Shown here piece by piece: positions 1-10,497 of a stretch of DNA of 64,000 nt. The notes beneath the pieces were generated by a model. It worked only from the letters and a program-made list of their open reading frames with translations. It searched no databases and was not told the origin of the DNA. The translations under genes were made by a program, and so were the position numbers. Every line of letters starts with the position of its first letter. Position 1 is the stretch's first letter. This DNA comes from an uncultured Acidobacteriota bacterium (GTDB lineage: Bacteria; Acidobacteriota; Thermoanaerobaculia; Multivoradales; SZUA-115). The stretch covers positions 128,001-192,000 of the forward strand of contig CAWDVR010000004.1 of assembly GCA_963805975.1 (NCBI GenBank), in the 5' to 3' direction.

Positions 1-122
1 CCTTGGTGCTCTTCGTGCAACTCCCTCATCCAGTCCGGGATGCCTGTCAGTCGTTGTTCGGCGGCGGCGAGCTCGGTCTCGACCGCCTGGAGCTTCACGA
101 TGTCCGTGAGGTGATTAGTCAT
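1..122 (-). CDS. 5' part of a probable C4-type zinc-ribbon/coiled-coil protein (CT398/DUF164-like); runs off the window
   Basis: Manual translation from ATG at 122 gives MTNHLTDIVKLQAVETELAAAEQRLTGIPDWMRELHEEHQ. This resembles the coiled-coil N-terminus of this family, which often follows tRNA-Ile(CAT). Confidence 0.55.
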   Translation of the reverse strand, partial: MTNHLTDIVKLQAVETELAAAEQRLTGIPDWMRELHEEHQ

Positions 123-139
123 TCAGTGCCCTCAGCAAG

Positions 140-212
140 TGGGTCCACCTGGGTTCGAACCAGGGACCTGCCGGTTATGAGCCGGTTGCTCTCACCGCTG
201 AGCTATGGACCC
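140..212 (-). tRNA. tRNA with CAT anticodon, most likely tRNA-Ile2 (lysidine); CCA not encoded
   Basis: Reverse complement reads GGGTCCATAGCTCAGCGGTGAGAGCAACCGG-CTCATAA-CCGGCAGGTCCCTGGTTCGAACCCAGGTGGACCCA. It folds as a full cloverleaf and resembles ileX-type tRNAs rather than fMet. Confidence 0.9.
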
Positions 213-304
213 GGCAACCCCGCTGGGAAAGGGGGCATTGGAGTATACAACGCGCTCCCGGTCTTCCCCGGGATCCCCTGGCGTCACCGAGGACGGGCCC
301 AGCT

Positions 305-1675
305 TCACTCGGGCTCTGCGAAGAGGCTGAAATCCCGCGCCAGGTGGCGGCCGAGCTCGGCCGCGCGGGCCGGATCGTCGAGGCGCTCGACACCGCCGGC
401 CGTCCAGCGCTCGAGCGTAAGCCGCGGCGGGCCGCCGTCGCCCAGGAGCGGTGGTACAGCACGGAACAGGCGCTCCAGGGAATCCAGCCGCTCGCGGAAG
501 GCGTGGCGCGCGGCGCCATCCCGGCCGCCGCCGATCGCGGCCAGCCGCAAGTCGAAATAATCCTCCCCGGCCGCGGCGAAGCGCGCCACCCAGCGCAGTT
601 GCTCCCCACCCTCGAGCCAAGAGATCTCGTTCTGGGCGCCGGCGAGGTAGAGCTCCGAGAGCACGCCTTCCGGCCCCTTCCGGAAGAGGCTCGTCGCCGT
701 TCCCGGCGGCGCCGTGCCGCCGGCCGCCTCGACCAGGGTGGCCCACACTCGGGAGAGGGCGACACGCTCGCCGCGGAGCCCGGCGAGGGTGCGGGGGAAG
801 GCGCGCGGCAGAGAGACCAGGAGCGGCACCTCGATCAAGGCGCGGCCGAGATTGCCGCCCTGGCCGATCTGGCCATGCTCGCCGAGCTCCTGGCCGAAGA
901 GCGAGGTCACCACCAGCAGAGTCCGGGCGCGCTGGCCGCTGGCGTCGAGCCCGGCCAGCAGGCGGCCGATCATGGCGTCCGCCGCCGCGGCATTGTACCG
1001 GTAGAGGGCCCAGAGCTGCTCTCGGCGCTCGGCGGGCAGCTCGACGGAGGGATCGAAGTAGGCCTCGAGCGCCGTGCCCCCGGCGCGCCGGGGCAGGTCC
1101 GGGGAGAAGGGCAGCCAGGGCGCCAGGGCCTCGCGCCGCACGTAGGGCGCCGAGGGCAGCTCGAGGTGGATCCAGACCAGCTCGCGGCCGCCGCGCAGCG
1201 CCTTGAGATCGGCGGCGGCCCGGCCGCCGCGGCGCAGCGCCAGCACGTTCTCGAAGCCTTGGCCGTAGCCGTAGGTCGGCGACAGATCGGGGCAGTCGTG
1301 GTAGGCGCGGGAGCGATAGCCGAGCCCGGCCAGGGCCTCGGCAAAGGTGACCCGGTCCGGCGCCAGGATCTTCTCGAGGTTGGTGATCGCCCGGTGCTGC
1401 CAGGGCCTGAGGCCGGTCAGGAAGCTCGCGGCGGCCGGTGTCAACCAGCTCGAGGGAGCGATGGCCGTGCCGGCGAAACCGGCCTCGGCGGCCAGGCGGT
1501 CGAGGTGGGGGGTGGCGCTCGGACGGGCGCCGAACGCCCCCATGACATCGGGGCGCAGGCCCTCGACGGTGATCAGGACGATCGGGCCGTCGTGCAGCGG
1601 CGGCTTGCCCGCTTCGCCCTGGCCGCAGGCGGCGGCAAGTCCCACCAGGGCAAGGATCGGCAGCCGGGCGACCAC
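305..1675 (-). CDS. Sulfatase/alkaline-phosphatase-fold lipoprotein with degenerate active site
   Basis: Lipobox LAAAC. Sulfatase scaffold motifs PIVLITVEGLRPD, TPHLDRLAAE, SFLTGLRPWQH, YGYGQGF and LIEVPLLV. Confidence 0.8.
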   Translation of the reverse strand: MVARLPILALVGLAAACGQGEAGKPPLHDGPIVLITVEGLRPDVMGAFGARPSATPHLDRLAAEAGFAGTAIAPSSWLTPAAASFLTGLRPWQHRAITNLEKILAPDRVTFAEALAGLGYRSRAYHDCPDLSPTYGYGQGFENVLALRRGGRAAADLKALRGGRELVWIHLELPSAPYVRREALAPWLPFSPDLPRRAGGTALEAYFDPSVELPAERREQLWALYRYNAAAADAMIGRLLAGLDASGQRARTLLVVTSLFGQELGEHGQIGQGGNLGRALIEVPLLVSLPRAFPRTLAGLRGERVALSRVWATLVEAAGGTAPPGTATSLFRKGPEGVLSELYLAGAQNEISWLEGGEQLRWVARFAAAGEDYFDLRLAAIGGGRDGAARHAFRERLDSLERLFRAVPPLLGDGGPPRLTLERWTAGGVERLDDPARAAELGRHLARDFSLFAEPE

Positions 1676-1679
1676 GCCC

Positions 1680-3668
1680 CTACATGCCGAGGGCGTCAGG
1701 GTCCCCGTCCGCCAGCCGGCGGATCAGCTCTTCGGTGAAGTAGTCGCTGCCGGCGCGCACTTCCGGTGCGATGCGCTCGTCATACATCTTGCGCGAGCGG
1801 TCGATCTCGTCCCGGAGCCGGAAGTAGATGTCCCGGTTGCGGCGACCCTCCTCGACCTGCTCTTCGTTGTAGAGCCGGATCTCGGAGACCAGCAGGCGTG
1901 CCAGCCGCCGCGCCTCCTCCTGAGCGGCGCCGTCGCCGCCCCCGCCCGCCACCGGGCGCGGCCCGGCAGAGAACGCCAGGCCCGGTCCTTCGAAGCCCGA
2001 CGGGGGGCGGACCTCGGCGCTCCCGGCAGCGGCCGAGGTGCCACCGCCTCCGGGCCCGGCCACGCTCGCGGGCGGGGCGCCGGTCGGCTGGGTCGGCAGG
2101 CGGGTGGTGAGGAACGGGGCGCGGCCGGGGTGGGTCGCCTCCTCCTCGGGCTCGTCGTCCGGAACCGGCCGCTGCGGAGCCGAGGCCGGTGCCGATGGCG
2201 TGGAGAAAGCCACCGTCGCCGACGAGCGCGACAGCAGGAGGGTCTCGTCGTCGGCCAGGTCCAGGCTCCGCTCTTCGAGCACTGCCGTGGCGGGCTCCAG
2301 GCCCACCGGCGGCAGCTCGTCGAAGACCGGCTCCTCGGCCAACGGTTCCGCCTCCGGGAAGGCGATCTGGTCGATGTCCGGAAGATCGATCTCCTCTTCT
2401 TCGAGCTCGAGCCTGGGCTCGATCTCGGGCTCGACCGCGAACGGCGGGGCCGGCTCTCCGGCGGAGAAGGCGGGAAGAGTGGCGGTCGAGGCAGCCGAGG
2501 AAAAGGCGGCTACCGGCGGCTCGTCCTCGAGCGACAGGGGCGGGAAGAGCTCCGCCGCGGTGTCCTCCCAGGAGGCGATGGCGAGGGGCTCGGGAGCCGC
2601 CCCGGGAATCCCCCCGGGAACTCCCTCGGGAGCCGGCCAGCTCACCGCTTCGGGAGCGGAGAGCGCCGCCGTCTCGTCCATCTCGACCGGTTCCGTCACC
2701 CCGGGCTCGGCGGCCTCCTCGATCACCGCCGCCGTCTCCGACATCCACCAGGCCGGTACCTCCGCCACGGGCTCGGTCTCGGGGGCGCCAGGCTCTTCGA
2801 CCGGTGCTTCGGCTTCCTGTGCGGCAGGGGCAGGAGGTTCGTCCGGGACCGGCGCCTCGGTCGGGGCGGGCGCCTCGTCCTGGACCGGCGCTTCGGATGG
2901 AGCTGGCACCGCCCACAACGGCAGGCCGGCCGCGGAGCCGGTGACGGCGCCGGGACCTTGAAACGTGGGGCTCGCACCCCGGCTGCGCAGGGGCAGGAGC
3001 TCGATCGCCTGCGCGGCGCTGTGCACCAGGGCCTGGAGCGCCGCGACCTCGAGCACACCGTCACCGGACTGGTCGGCGTAGAGCGCGGCGGCGACGCGAT
3101 CGGCCAGCACCAGCGGGACGAGGACCGCCTCGCGCGCCACCGGGCTCTCCAGCCGGCTCGCCAGCTCCGCACAGTCGGCCGTCGAGAGCGCCACCGTGGA
3201 GCGGCCCTGGGCGAGCGCGCCCCAGGCCGTGCCCTCGGCGTAGGAGATCTCGAGCCCCGGCAGGGCGGCCCCGGCGTCGGCGAAGCCCTCGCCTCGCCAG
3301 CCGCGCGCCGCCTCGGTCGGGGTCAGGAACAGCGCCGCCCGCGAGGCGTGGGCGCGCGAGTGCACGAGCAGGGCGGCGAGGATCTCGGCCTGGGATCCGG
3401 CCTGGTCCAGGGCGGCCACGGCCGCTGCGTGCTCGGAGAGCGTCCGGCTGCGGGCGGCGGCGGCGGCCTCGGCGGCGATCGGCTCGAGATCGTGGTCCCC
3501 GACGAACGATGCCGGCAGCACGGCATCCAGCCCGTCGATGCGCTCGCGGAGCGCCTCCGTGCTCTGGCGCAGGCGCTCGTTGAGCTCCGTGCGCAGGCCG
3601 GCGAGCTTGCTCTTGAGCGCCGCCGCAATCTGTTCGTCGAGCTGCTGAACCCTGTCGGCCAGTGGCAT
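1680..3668 (-). CDS. Coiled-coil + GAF-like + acidic/Pro-rich linker + C-terminal RomX-like domain protein
   Basis: ATG at 3668 with a GGAGG RBS. GAF-like segment AVLVPLVLADRVAAALYAD. C-terminus EEARRLARLLVSEIRLYNEEQVEEGRRNRDIY. Confidence 0.75.
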   Translation of the reverse strand: MPLADRVQQLDEQIAAALKSKLAGLRTELNERLRQSTEALRERIDGLDAVLPASFVGDHDLEPIAAEAAAAARSRTLSEHAAAVAALDQAGSQAEILAALLVHSRAHASRAALFLTPTEAARGWRGEGFADAGAALPGLEISYAEGTAWGALAQGRSTVALSTADCAELASRLESPVAREAVLVPLVLADRVAAALYADQSGDGVLEVAALQALVHSAAQAIELLPLRSRGASPTFQGPGAVTGSAAGLPLWAVPAPSEAPVQDEAPAPTEAPVPDEPPAPAAQEAEAPVEEPGAPETEPVAEVPAWWMSETAAVIEEAAEPGVTEPVEMDETAALSAPEAVSWPAPEGVPGGIPGAAPEPLAIASWEDTAAELFPPLSLEDEPPVAAFSSAASTATLPAFSAGEPAPPFAVEPEIEPRLELEEEEIDLPDIDQIAFPEAEPLAEEPVFDELPPVGLEPATAVLEERSLDLADDETLLLSRSSATVAFSTPSAPASAPQRPVPDDEPEEEATHPGRAPFLTTRLPTQPTGAPPASVAGPGGGGTSAAAGSAEVRPPSGFEGPGLAFSAGPRPVAGGGGDGAAQEEARRLARLLVSEIRLYNEEQVEEGRRNRDIYFRLRDEIDRSRKMYDERIAPEVRAGSDYFTEELIRRLADGDPDALGM

Positions 3669-3720
3669 GCGCTTGGAACCTCCGCCCGGGTGGGACGTTT
3701 CGATCCTGAAAAGAGCATCT

Positions 3721-3749
3721 ATTATTTTCAACGCTCGCTGCGGTGTCAA
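3721..3749 (-). promoter_or_regulatory. Putative sigma70 promoter for the 1680-3668 gene
   Basis: TTGACA-17 bp-AATAAT on the minus strand. A second extended -10 (TGCTACAAT) lies at about 3772-3780. Confidence 0.55.
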
Positions 3750-3838
3750 GCCGGCCGAAGGGGCCGAAACCATTGTAGCAAGGGAGTTTAGGTCTTACCG
3801 AGCCGCTGCGTGAGGAGGCGTCTTCCGGGCGGCGCGGC

Positions 3839-3868
3839 TTGACAGGACCAGGCGTCCTCGCCGAAACT
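3839..3868 (+). promoter_or_regulatory. Possible sigma70 promoter for rpsU
   Basis: TTGACA-18 bp-GAAACT; the -10 element is weak. Confidence 0.35.
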
Positions 3869-3932
3869 CGGCGGATCCTTCTTCGCCCCAACGGGGAAGG
3901 GGTATCTTTGGGTAAAGCGAGGTGATTGCCCC

Positions 3933-4142
3933 GTGCCGGTTGTCCATGTGCGTGAGGACGAGAGCTTTGAGAATGCCCTGCGCCGCTTCAAGCGCAAGGT
4001 AGAGAAGGCAGGCATCCTGACCGAGCTCAGGAAGCGCCAGCATTTCGAGAAGCCCTCCGTCAAGCGCAAGCGCAAGGCCGTGCAGGCCAAGAAGAAGGCT
4101 GCGCGCAAGGTCCAGGAAGAGAAGAGGGCTGGCTTGAGCTAG
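3933..4142 (+). CDS. rpsU: 30S ribosomal protein S21
   Basis: [33 protein letters not shown] signature. Confidence 0.98.
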   Translation: MPVVHVREDESFENALRRFKRKVEKAGILTELRKRQHFEKPSVKRKRKAVQAKKKAARKVQEEKRAGLS

Positions 4143-4216
4143 ACCTCTCGCGGCGCGCTTCGCGCGCCGGAAGGGTTGCCGCTCGCCGGCGCCCCAGCAC
4201 GATCAGGATGCAGCAC

Positions 4217-4244
4217 CGAGAGCGGGGTACGGACCCCGCTCTCG
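4217..4244. other. Perfect 12-bp hairpin between rpsU and mutS2, no U-tract
   Basis: CGAGAGCGGGGT-ACGG-ACCCCGCTCTCG. Confidence 0.6.
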
Positions 4245-4282
4245 CCGTCTCCGGCCGACCGATCTCCCGTCCCGCCGCGCTC

Positions 4283-6733
4283 ATGATCCCTTCGCACCCG
4301 GCCCCAATCTCCCTGGCCCCCGTCTCCCAGGCTACGGCCCGTGCGCTCGAGCTGCCGAGCCTGCTCGCCGTGCTGGGCGAGCTCGCCTCGACCGACGTTG
4401 GGCGGGAGCGCCTGCTGTCGCTGGCGCCGATCGCCGACGCCGATGCTCTCGAGCGCGCCCGCCGGCGCTACGAGGAGGCCGTCGAGCTGGTCGCCGAGCG
4501 CCGCCTGGTGGGCGGCTTCGAGCACCCGGTGGGCGAGCTCCTGGCGCAGCTCGCGAGCGGCCGGCCGGCCGCCGTCGGGCTCGCCCTCGTGCGCCTGCTC
4601 GACCTGCTGCGGAGCACCTCGGAAGCGCGCGAGCGGCTGCTCCCGAGCGCCGGCGGGGAAAGCTCCGGCGCGCCTTTTCCCGAGCTCGCCGGCCTGGCTC
4701 GGGAGCTGCCGGACCTTTCCTCCCTGACGCGCTCGATCGGCAAGACGCTCGATCGCCGCGGCGAGGTGCGCGAGGACGCGAGCCCCAAGCTCTCCGGCCT
4801 GCGCGACCGCATCCGCAAGGTGAGGGACAGCCTCTACGGCGAGCTCCGGCAGCACCTGGAGAACGAGCGCGAGCACCTGTCGGAGGAGACCATCCCCTTG
4901 CGCGGCGGCCGGCTGGTGCTGGTGCTGGCCTCCGGCGCCCGCGGCAAGGTCCCGGGGCTGGTGCACGGTCGCTCGGCCACCGGCAAGAGCTTCTACTTCG
5001 AGCCGCTGGCGGTCGTCGAGTCCAACAACAATCTGCAGCAGGCGGTGGAGGACGAGGAGGCCGAGCGCGCCCGCATCCTCGCGGCGCTGCTCTCCGAGGC
5101 GCGGCGGGCACTGCCCGGGATCGAGGCGCACGCGGACTTTCTGGCCGAGCTCGACGCCCTGCAGGCGGCGGTGCGCTTCGCGGCGCTCGCCGGCGGCGGG
5201 CTGGCCGAGATCTCGCCGCGCCACGAGCTGCGGCTGGTGGCCGCCCGCCACCCGCTGCTCGACGCCGCCTACAGTGAGCTGCGCGAGCGTGCCCTGGGGG
5301 CCGCCGGCCACCAGGGGGCCGTGGTGCCGCTCTCGGTCGAGCTCTCGCCCGAGCGCCGGGCGCTGGTGGTGACGGGCCCCAACGCCGGCGGCAAGACGGT
5401 GGTGCTCAAGACCCTGGGGCTCCTCGCTCTCGCCACCCAGTGCGGCCTGCCGGTGCCCGCCGGCGCCGGCACCCGCATCCCGCTCCTCGCCCGCATCGTG
5501 GCCACGGTCGGCGACGATCAGGATCTGCTCGCCGATCGCTCGACCTTCAGCGGCCGGCTGCTGCGTCTCAAGGAAGCCTGGGAAGGCGCCGGCGAGGACA
5601 GCCTGATCCTGCTCGACGAGCTGGGCTCGGGCACCGACCCGGAAGAAGGCGCGGCGCTCTCGATCGCGCTCCTCGAGAGCCTGGTCGAGAGGCGCGCCCT
5701 GACCCTCATCACCACCCATCTGACCCCGCTCGCCGCCGCCGCCCTCGAGATGCCGGGGGCCTCCTGCGCCGCCATGGAGTTCGAGCCCTCGACCGGCGCG
5801 CCCACCTTTCACCTTCTGCCCGGCCCGCCGGGTGGCAGCGAGGCCCTCGCCCTGGCGCGGCGGCTCGGCCTGCCCGCCGCCTGGCTCGAGCGCGCCGAGG
5901 CTCGGCTCGGCTCCGGCCACCGCGACCTCCGGCGCCTGCTCGCCGAGCTCGACCGGGTGCGCAGCGAGCTCTCGGCCGAGCGCGAGACCCTGGCCGCGGA
6001 GCGGGCGGCCTCCGAGCTCGCCCGAGCCCGGCTCGAGCGCGAGCACCAGGAGCTCCAGACGGAGCGCAAGACCGTGGGCAAGCGGCTCAAGGCCGAGCTC
6101 GACGCGTTCCGCGGCGAGACCCGCCGGCGGCTGCGCGAGGAGGTGGAGCGCCTCAAGGCCGAGATGGCGGCCGGCCACAAGCGCGGGCTCGAGGCGCAAG
6201 CCGAGGAGCGCCTGTTCGCCGGGGCGCCGGCGCTCGAGGTGGTGGAAGCGGAGGGTGCCGACCGGCCGCCCGTGCTCGGGGGCGCGGTGCGGCACAAGGC
6301 GCTGGGCTGGGAGGGAACGCTAGAGAAGGTGGCCGCCGGCAAGGCCGAGGTGCTGGTGCGCGGCAAACGGGTGCGCGTGCGCCTGGACGAGCTCGCCGGC
6401 CTCTCACCCCGGACCACGGGCCAAGCCGGGCGCGAGCCCGCCTCCCTGCGCCGGTCCGCGGCCAGCGACGCCGAAGTCGAGCCCTCGCCGGAGCTGCACC
6501 TGATCGGGCAGCGCGTGGAACCGGCGCTCGACGAGCTGGAAGCCTTCCTCGACCAGGCGCTCCTCGGCGAGCGGCGCGAGGTGCGCGTCGTCCACGGCCA
6601 CGGCTCGGGCCGGCTGCGCGAGGCCGTCCGCCAGCACCTGCGCTCCCACCCCGCCGTGGCCTCGCAGCGGCCCGGGGCGGCCAACGAGGGCGGCAACGGC
6701 GCCACCGTGGTGACGCTCCGGGGAGCCGGGTAG
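4283..6733 (+). CDS. mutS2: Endonuclease MutS2
   Basis: Walker A TGPNAGGKT, STFSG, LLDELGSGTDPEEG, a coiled coil, and a C-terminal Smr domain (VVHGHGSGRLR...GGNGAT). The start at 4283 is preferred. Confidence 0.95.
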   Translation: MIPSHPAPISLAPVSQATARALELPSLLAVLGELASTDVGRERLLSLAPIADADALERARRRYEEAVELVAERRLVGGFEHPVGELLAQLASGRPAAVGLALVRLLDLLRSTSEARERLLPSAGGESSGAPFPELAGLARELPDLSSLTRSIGKTLDRRGEVREDASPKLSGLRDRIRKVRDSLYGELRQHLENEREHLSEETIPLRGGRLVLVLASGARGKVPGLVHGRSATGKSFYFEPLAVVESNNNLQQAVEDEEAERARILAALLSEARRALPGIEAHADFLAELDALQAAVRFAALAGGGLAEISPRHELRLVAARHPLLDAAYSELRERALGAAGHQGAVVPLSVELSPERRALVVTGPNAGGKTVVLKTLGLLALATQCGLPVPAGAGTRIPLLARIVATVGDDQDLLADRSTFSGRLLRLKEAWEGAGEDSLILLDELGSGTDPEEGAALSIALLESLVERRALTLITTHLTPLAAAALEMPGASCAAMEFEPSTGAPTFHLLPGPPGGSEALALARRLGLPAAWLERAEARLGSGHRDLRRLLAELDRVRSELSAERETLAAERAASELARARLEREHQELQTERKTVGKRLKAELDAFRGETRRRLREEVERLKAEMAAGHKRGLEAQAEERLFAGAPALEVVEAEGADRPPVLGGAVRHKALGWEGTLEKVAAGKAEVLVRGKRVRVRLDELAGLSPRTTGQAGREPASLRRSAASDAEVEPSPELHLIGQRVEPALDELEAFLDQALLGERREVRVVHGHGSGRLREAVRQHLRSHPAVASQRPGAANEGGNGATVVTLRGAG

Positions 6734-6738
6734 ACGCG

Positions 6739-8514
6739 ATGCGCAACATCCACCTCACCCCCCAGCTCGTGCGTGCCGTGCGCGACGCGGTGGACGTCGT
6801 CGCCATCGCCTCCGACCACACCCGCCTGACCAAGCGCGGGCGCCGCCACCACGGCCTCTGCCCGCTGCACAAGGAAAAGACCCCCTCGTTCAGCGTCGAT
6901 CCCGAGCAGGGGCTCTTCTACTGCTTCGGCTGTGGCGCCGGGGGCGACGCCATCAAGCTGCACATGCTCGCCACCGGCGACGACTTCCCGGCCGCCATCG
7001 AGGCCCTGGCCCTGCGCTACGGCATCCCCCTGCCGGTGTCGCCGGGCCCGCGGGGCGGCAAGGAAGAGCGGGGGCTACAAACCGCGCTCGAGGCGGCCTT
7101 CGAGTTCTTCCGTCACTCGCTGGCGAGGTCCGCCATGCCCCGCGCCTACCTCGAGAAGCGCCGCATCCCCGAGACCTTGAGCGAGCGCTTCGGCGTGGGC
7201 TATGCGCCGGACGACTGGCGAGGGCTGCTCCAGGCGCTCGATCGCAAGGTGCCGGCGGTGGACCTCGAGGCGGCGGGCCTCCTGGCGCGCCCGGAGCACG
7301 GTGGCCAGCCCTACGACCGCTTCCGCAACCGCCTGATGTTCCCCATCCACAGCCCGTCGGGCCGGCTGGTGGGCTTCGGTGGCCGCACCCTGGGCGACGA
7401 CCGCGCCAAGTACGTCAACACCTCCGAGACCGAGGAGTTCCACAAGGGCCGGCTGCTCTACGGCCTCCACCTCGCCAAGCAGGCCGTGCGCGAGCAGGGC
7501 CGGGCGGTGCTCGTCGAGGGCTACTTCGACGTGTTGGGAGCGGTGGCGAGCGGGCTTGCCGGTACGGTGGCGAGCATGGGCACGGCGCTCACTCCCGAGC
7601 AGGCGCGGCTCCTCTCCCGTTACGCGGACGAGGCGGTGGTGGCCTACGACGGCGACAACGCCGGCGAGACCGCCTTCCGCCGGGCCCTGCCCATCCTCCT
7701 CACCGAGGGCCTCGCCGTGCGCCGCGCCGCCTTCGGCGCCGGCCACGACCCGGACTCGCTGCGCCTGGCCGAGGGCGAGGCTGCCGTGGTGCGGGCCGTC
7801 GAAGAGGCCGAGGACGGGGTGCTGCTGGAGGTCGGCCGCCTGGCCCCGCCGGTCGGCGAGCGTCGCCCCCACGGCCAGGCCAAGGCGGCCGACGAGGTCG
7901 CGGCCCTGCTCAAGGGGATCAAGGACCCCATCGTGCGCCTGGGCTACGGCCGCCTCGCGGCGGACAAGCTGGGCATCCCCGTGGACCTGCTCTGGCGGCG
8001 AGGCAAGGCAGAGGCGGCCGATCCCACCGTTCCGGCCCTGGTGAGCCGGGCCCCGGCACGGCAGCGTGGCGCGGTCCGCAGCCAGGAGGAGCAGGTGCTG
8101 GCCCTGCTGCTCTCGGGCGAGCCGATCCCGCCCGCGACGGAGCTCCCCGAGGCCGAGGTCTTCTTCGATCCGTCCTGCAGGAATATTTTCCAGAGCTTTC
8201 GCGCTCTATATCCCGAGGGCGGCGCCGACATACCGACGGCGAAAGAGCTGATCGCCTCCCTCGCGGCCGATGGCGGCGCGGTTGACCGGCTGGCCCAGAT
8301 TCTGCTAGAAAGCTCCGTTCCCCTAGAGAAGGCGGCCCTGCCCGTGCTTCTCGACAGTCTCGTCAGGCGCTGGCGCAAGCAGCGCCTCGAGCTGTTGGCG
8401 AGGGAGCTGAGCGAAGCGGAGCGGCGGGGAGACAGCGCACGTTTCCAAAGCCTGTTACAGGAACGAACAGAGCTGAGCCAGAAGCACTATCGGACCCCTC
8501 CGCGCCATCCCTGA
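6739..8514 (+). CDS. dnaG: DNA primase
   Basis: Zinc finger CPLHKEKTPSF...FYCFGC, DRFRNRLMFPI, KYVNTSET, and TOPRIM motifs VEGYFDV / YDGDNAG. Confidence 0.97.
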   Translation: MRNIHLTPQLVRAVRDAVDVVAIASDHTRLTKRGRRHHGLCPLHKEKTPSFSVDPEQGLFYCFGCGAGGDAIKLHMLATGDDFPAAIEALALRYGIPLPVSPGPRGGKEERGLQTALEAAFEFFRHSLARSAMPRAYLEKRRIPETLSERFGVGYAPDDWRGLLQALDRKVPAVDLEAAGLLARPEHGGQPYDRFRNRLMFPIHSPSGRLVGFGGRTLGDDRAKYVNTSETEEFHKGRLLYGLHLAKQAVREQGRAVLVEGYFDVLGAVASGLAGTVASMGTALTPEQARLLSRYADEAVVAYDGDNAGETAFRRALPILLTEGLAVRRAAFGAGHDPDSLRLAEGEAAVVRAVEEAEDGVLLEVGRLAPPVGERRPHGQAKAADEVAALLKGIKDPIVRLGYGRLAADKLGIPVDLLWRRGKAEAADPTVPALVSRAPARQRGAVRSQEEQVLALLLSGEPIPPATELPEAEVFFDPSCRNIFQSFRALYPEGGADIPTAKELIASLAADGGAVDRLAQILLESSVPLEKAALPVLLDSLVRRWRKQRLELLARELSEAERRGDSARFQSLLQERTELSQKHYRTPPRHP

Positions 8515-8593
8515 GCATCGGGGTAGGCGCGGAAGGCCGATCTGTCTTTCGCTCGGCCGTCACGATCTCTTTCGAGCGAGCTAGGAGAGGACA

Positions 8594-10306
<1,713 letters not shown>

Positions 10307-10316
10307 CGAGCGGCGT

Positions 10317-10345
10317 TTGACAGGCCCTGGCCGTCTGCCTAGAAT
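10317..10345 (+). promoter_or_regulatory. Near-consensus sigma70 promoter upstream of tRNA-Asn
   Basis: TTGACA-17 bp-TAGAAT. Confidence 0.75.
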
Positions 10346-10350
10346 TCTCC

Positions 10351-10380
10351 GCCCGGAGCCGCGAGGCTCCGGGCTTTGTT
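10351..10380 (+). terminator. Intrinsic terminator-like hairpin after rpoD
   Basis: GCCCGGAGCC-GCGA-GGCTCCGGGC followed by TTTGTT. Confidence 0.7.
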
Positions 10381-10394
10381 CTAGGCCCACCTGT

Positions 10395-10469
10395 TCCTGG
10401 GTAGCTCAGTGGTAGAGCGATCGGCTGTTAACCGATTGGTCGGGGGTTCAAATCCCTCCCCAGGAGCCA
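10395..10469 (+). tRNA. tRNA-Asn (GTT)
   Basis: TCCTGGGTAGCTCAGTGGTAGAGCGATCGG-CTGTTAA-CCGATTGGTCGGGGGTTCAAATCCCTCCCCAGGAGCCA; cloverleaf with encoded CCA. Confidence 0.97.
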
Positions 10470-10497
10470 TTCCTTCTTCCTCCACCGCTTTACTTCC

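Noticed and set aside
140-212. Calling the CAT-anticodon tRNA tRNA-Met or fMet
   Set aside because: It has a paired G1-C72 and lacks the three consecutive G-C anticodon-stem pairs of initiators. The overall sequence resembles Ile2, although elongator Met is not fully excluded.
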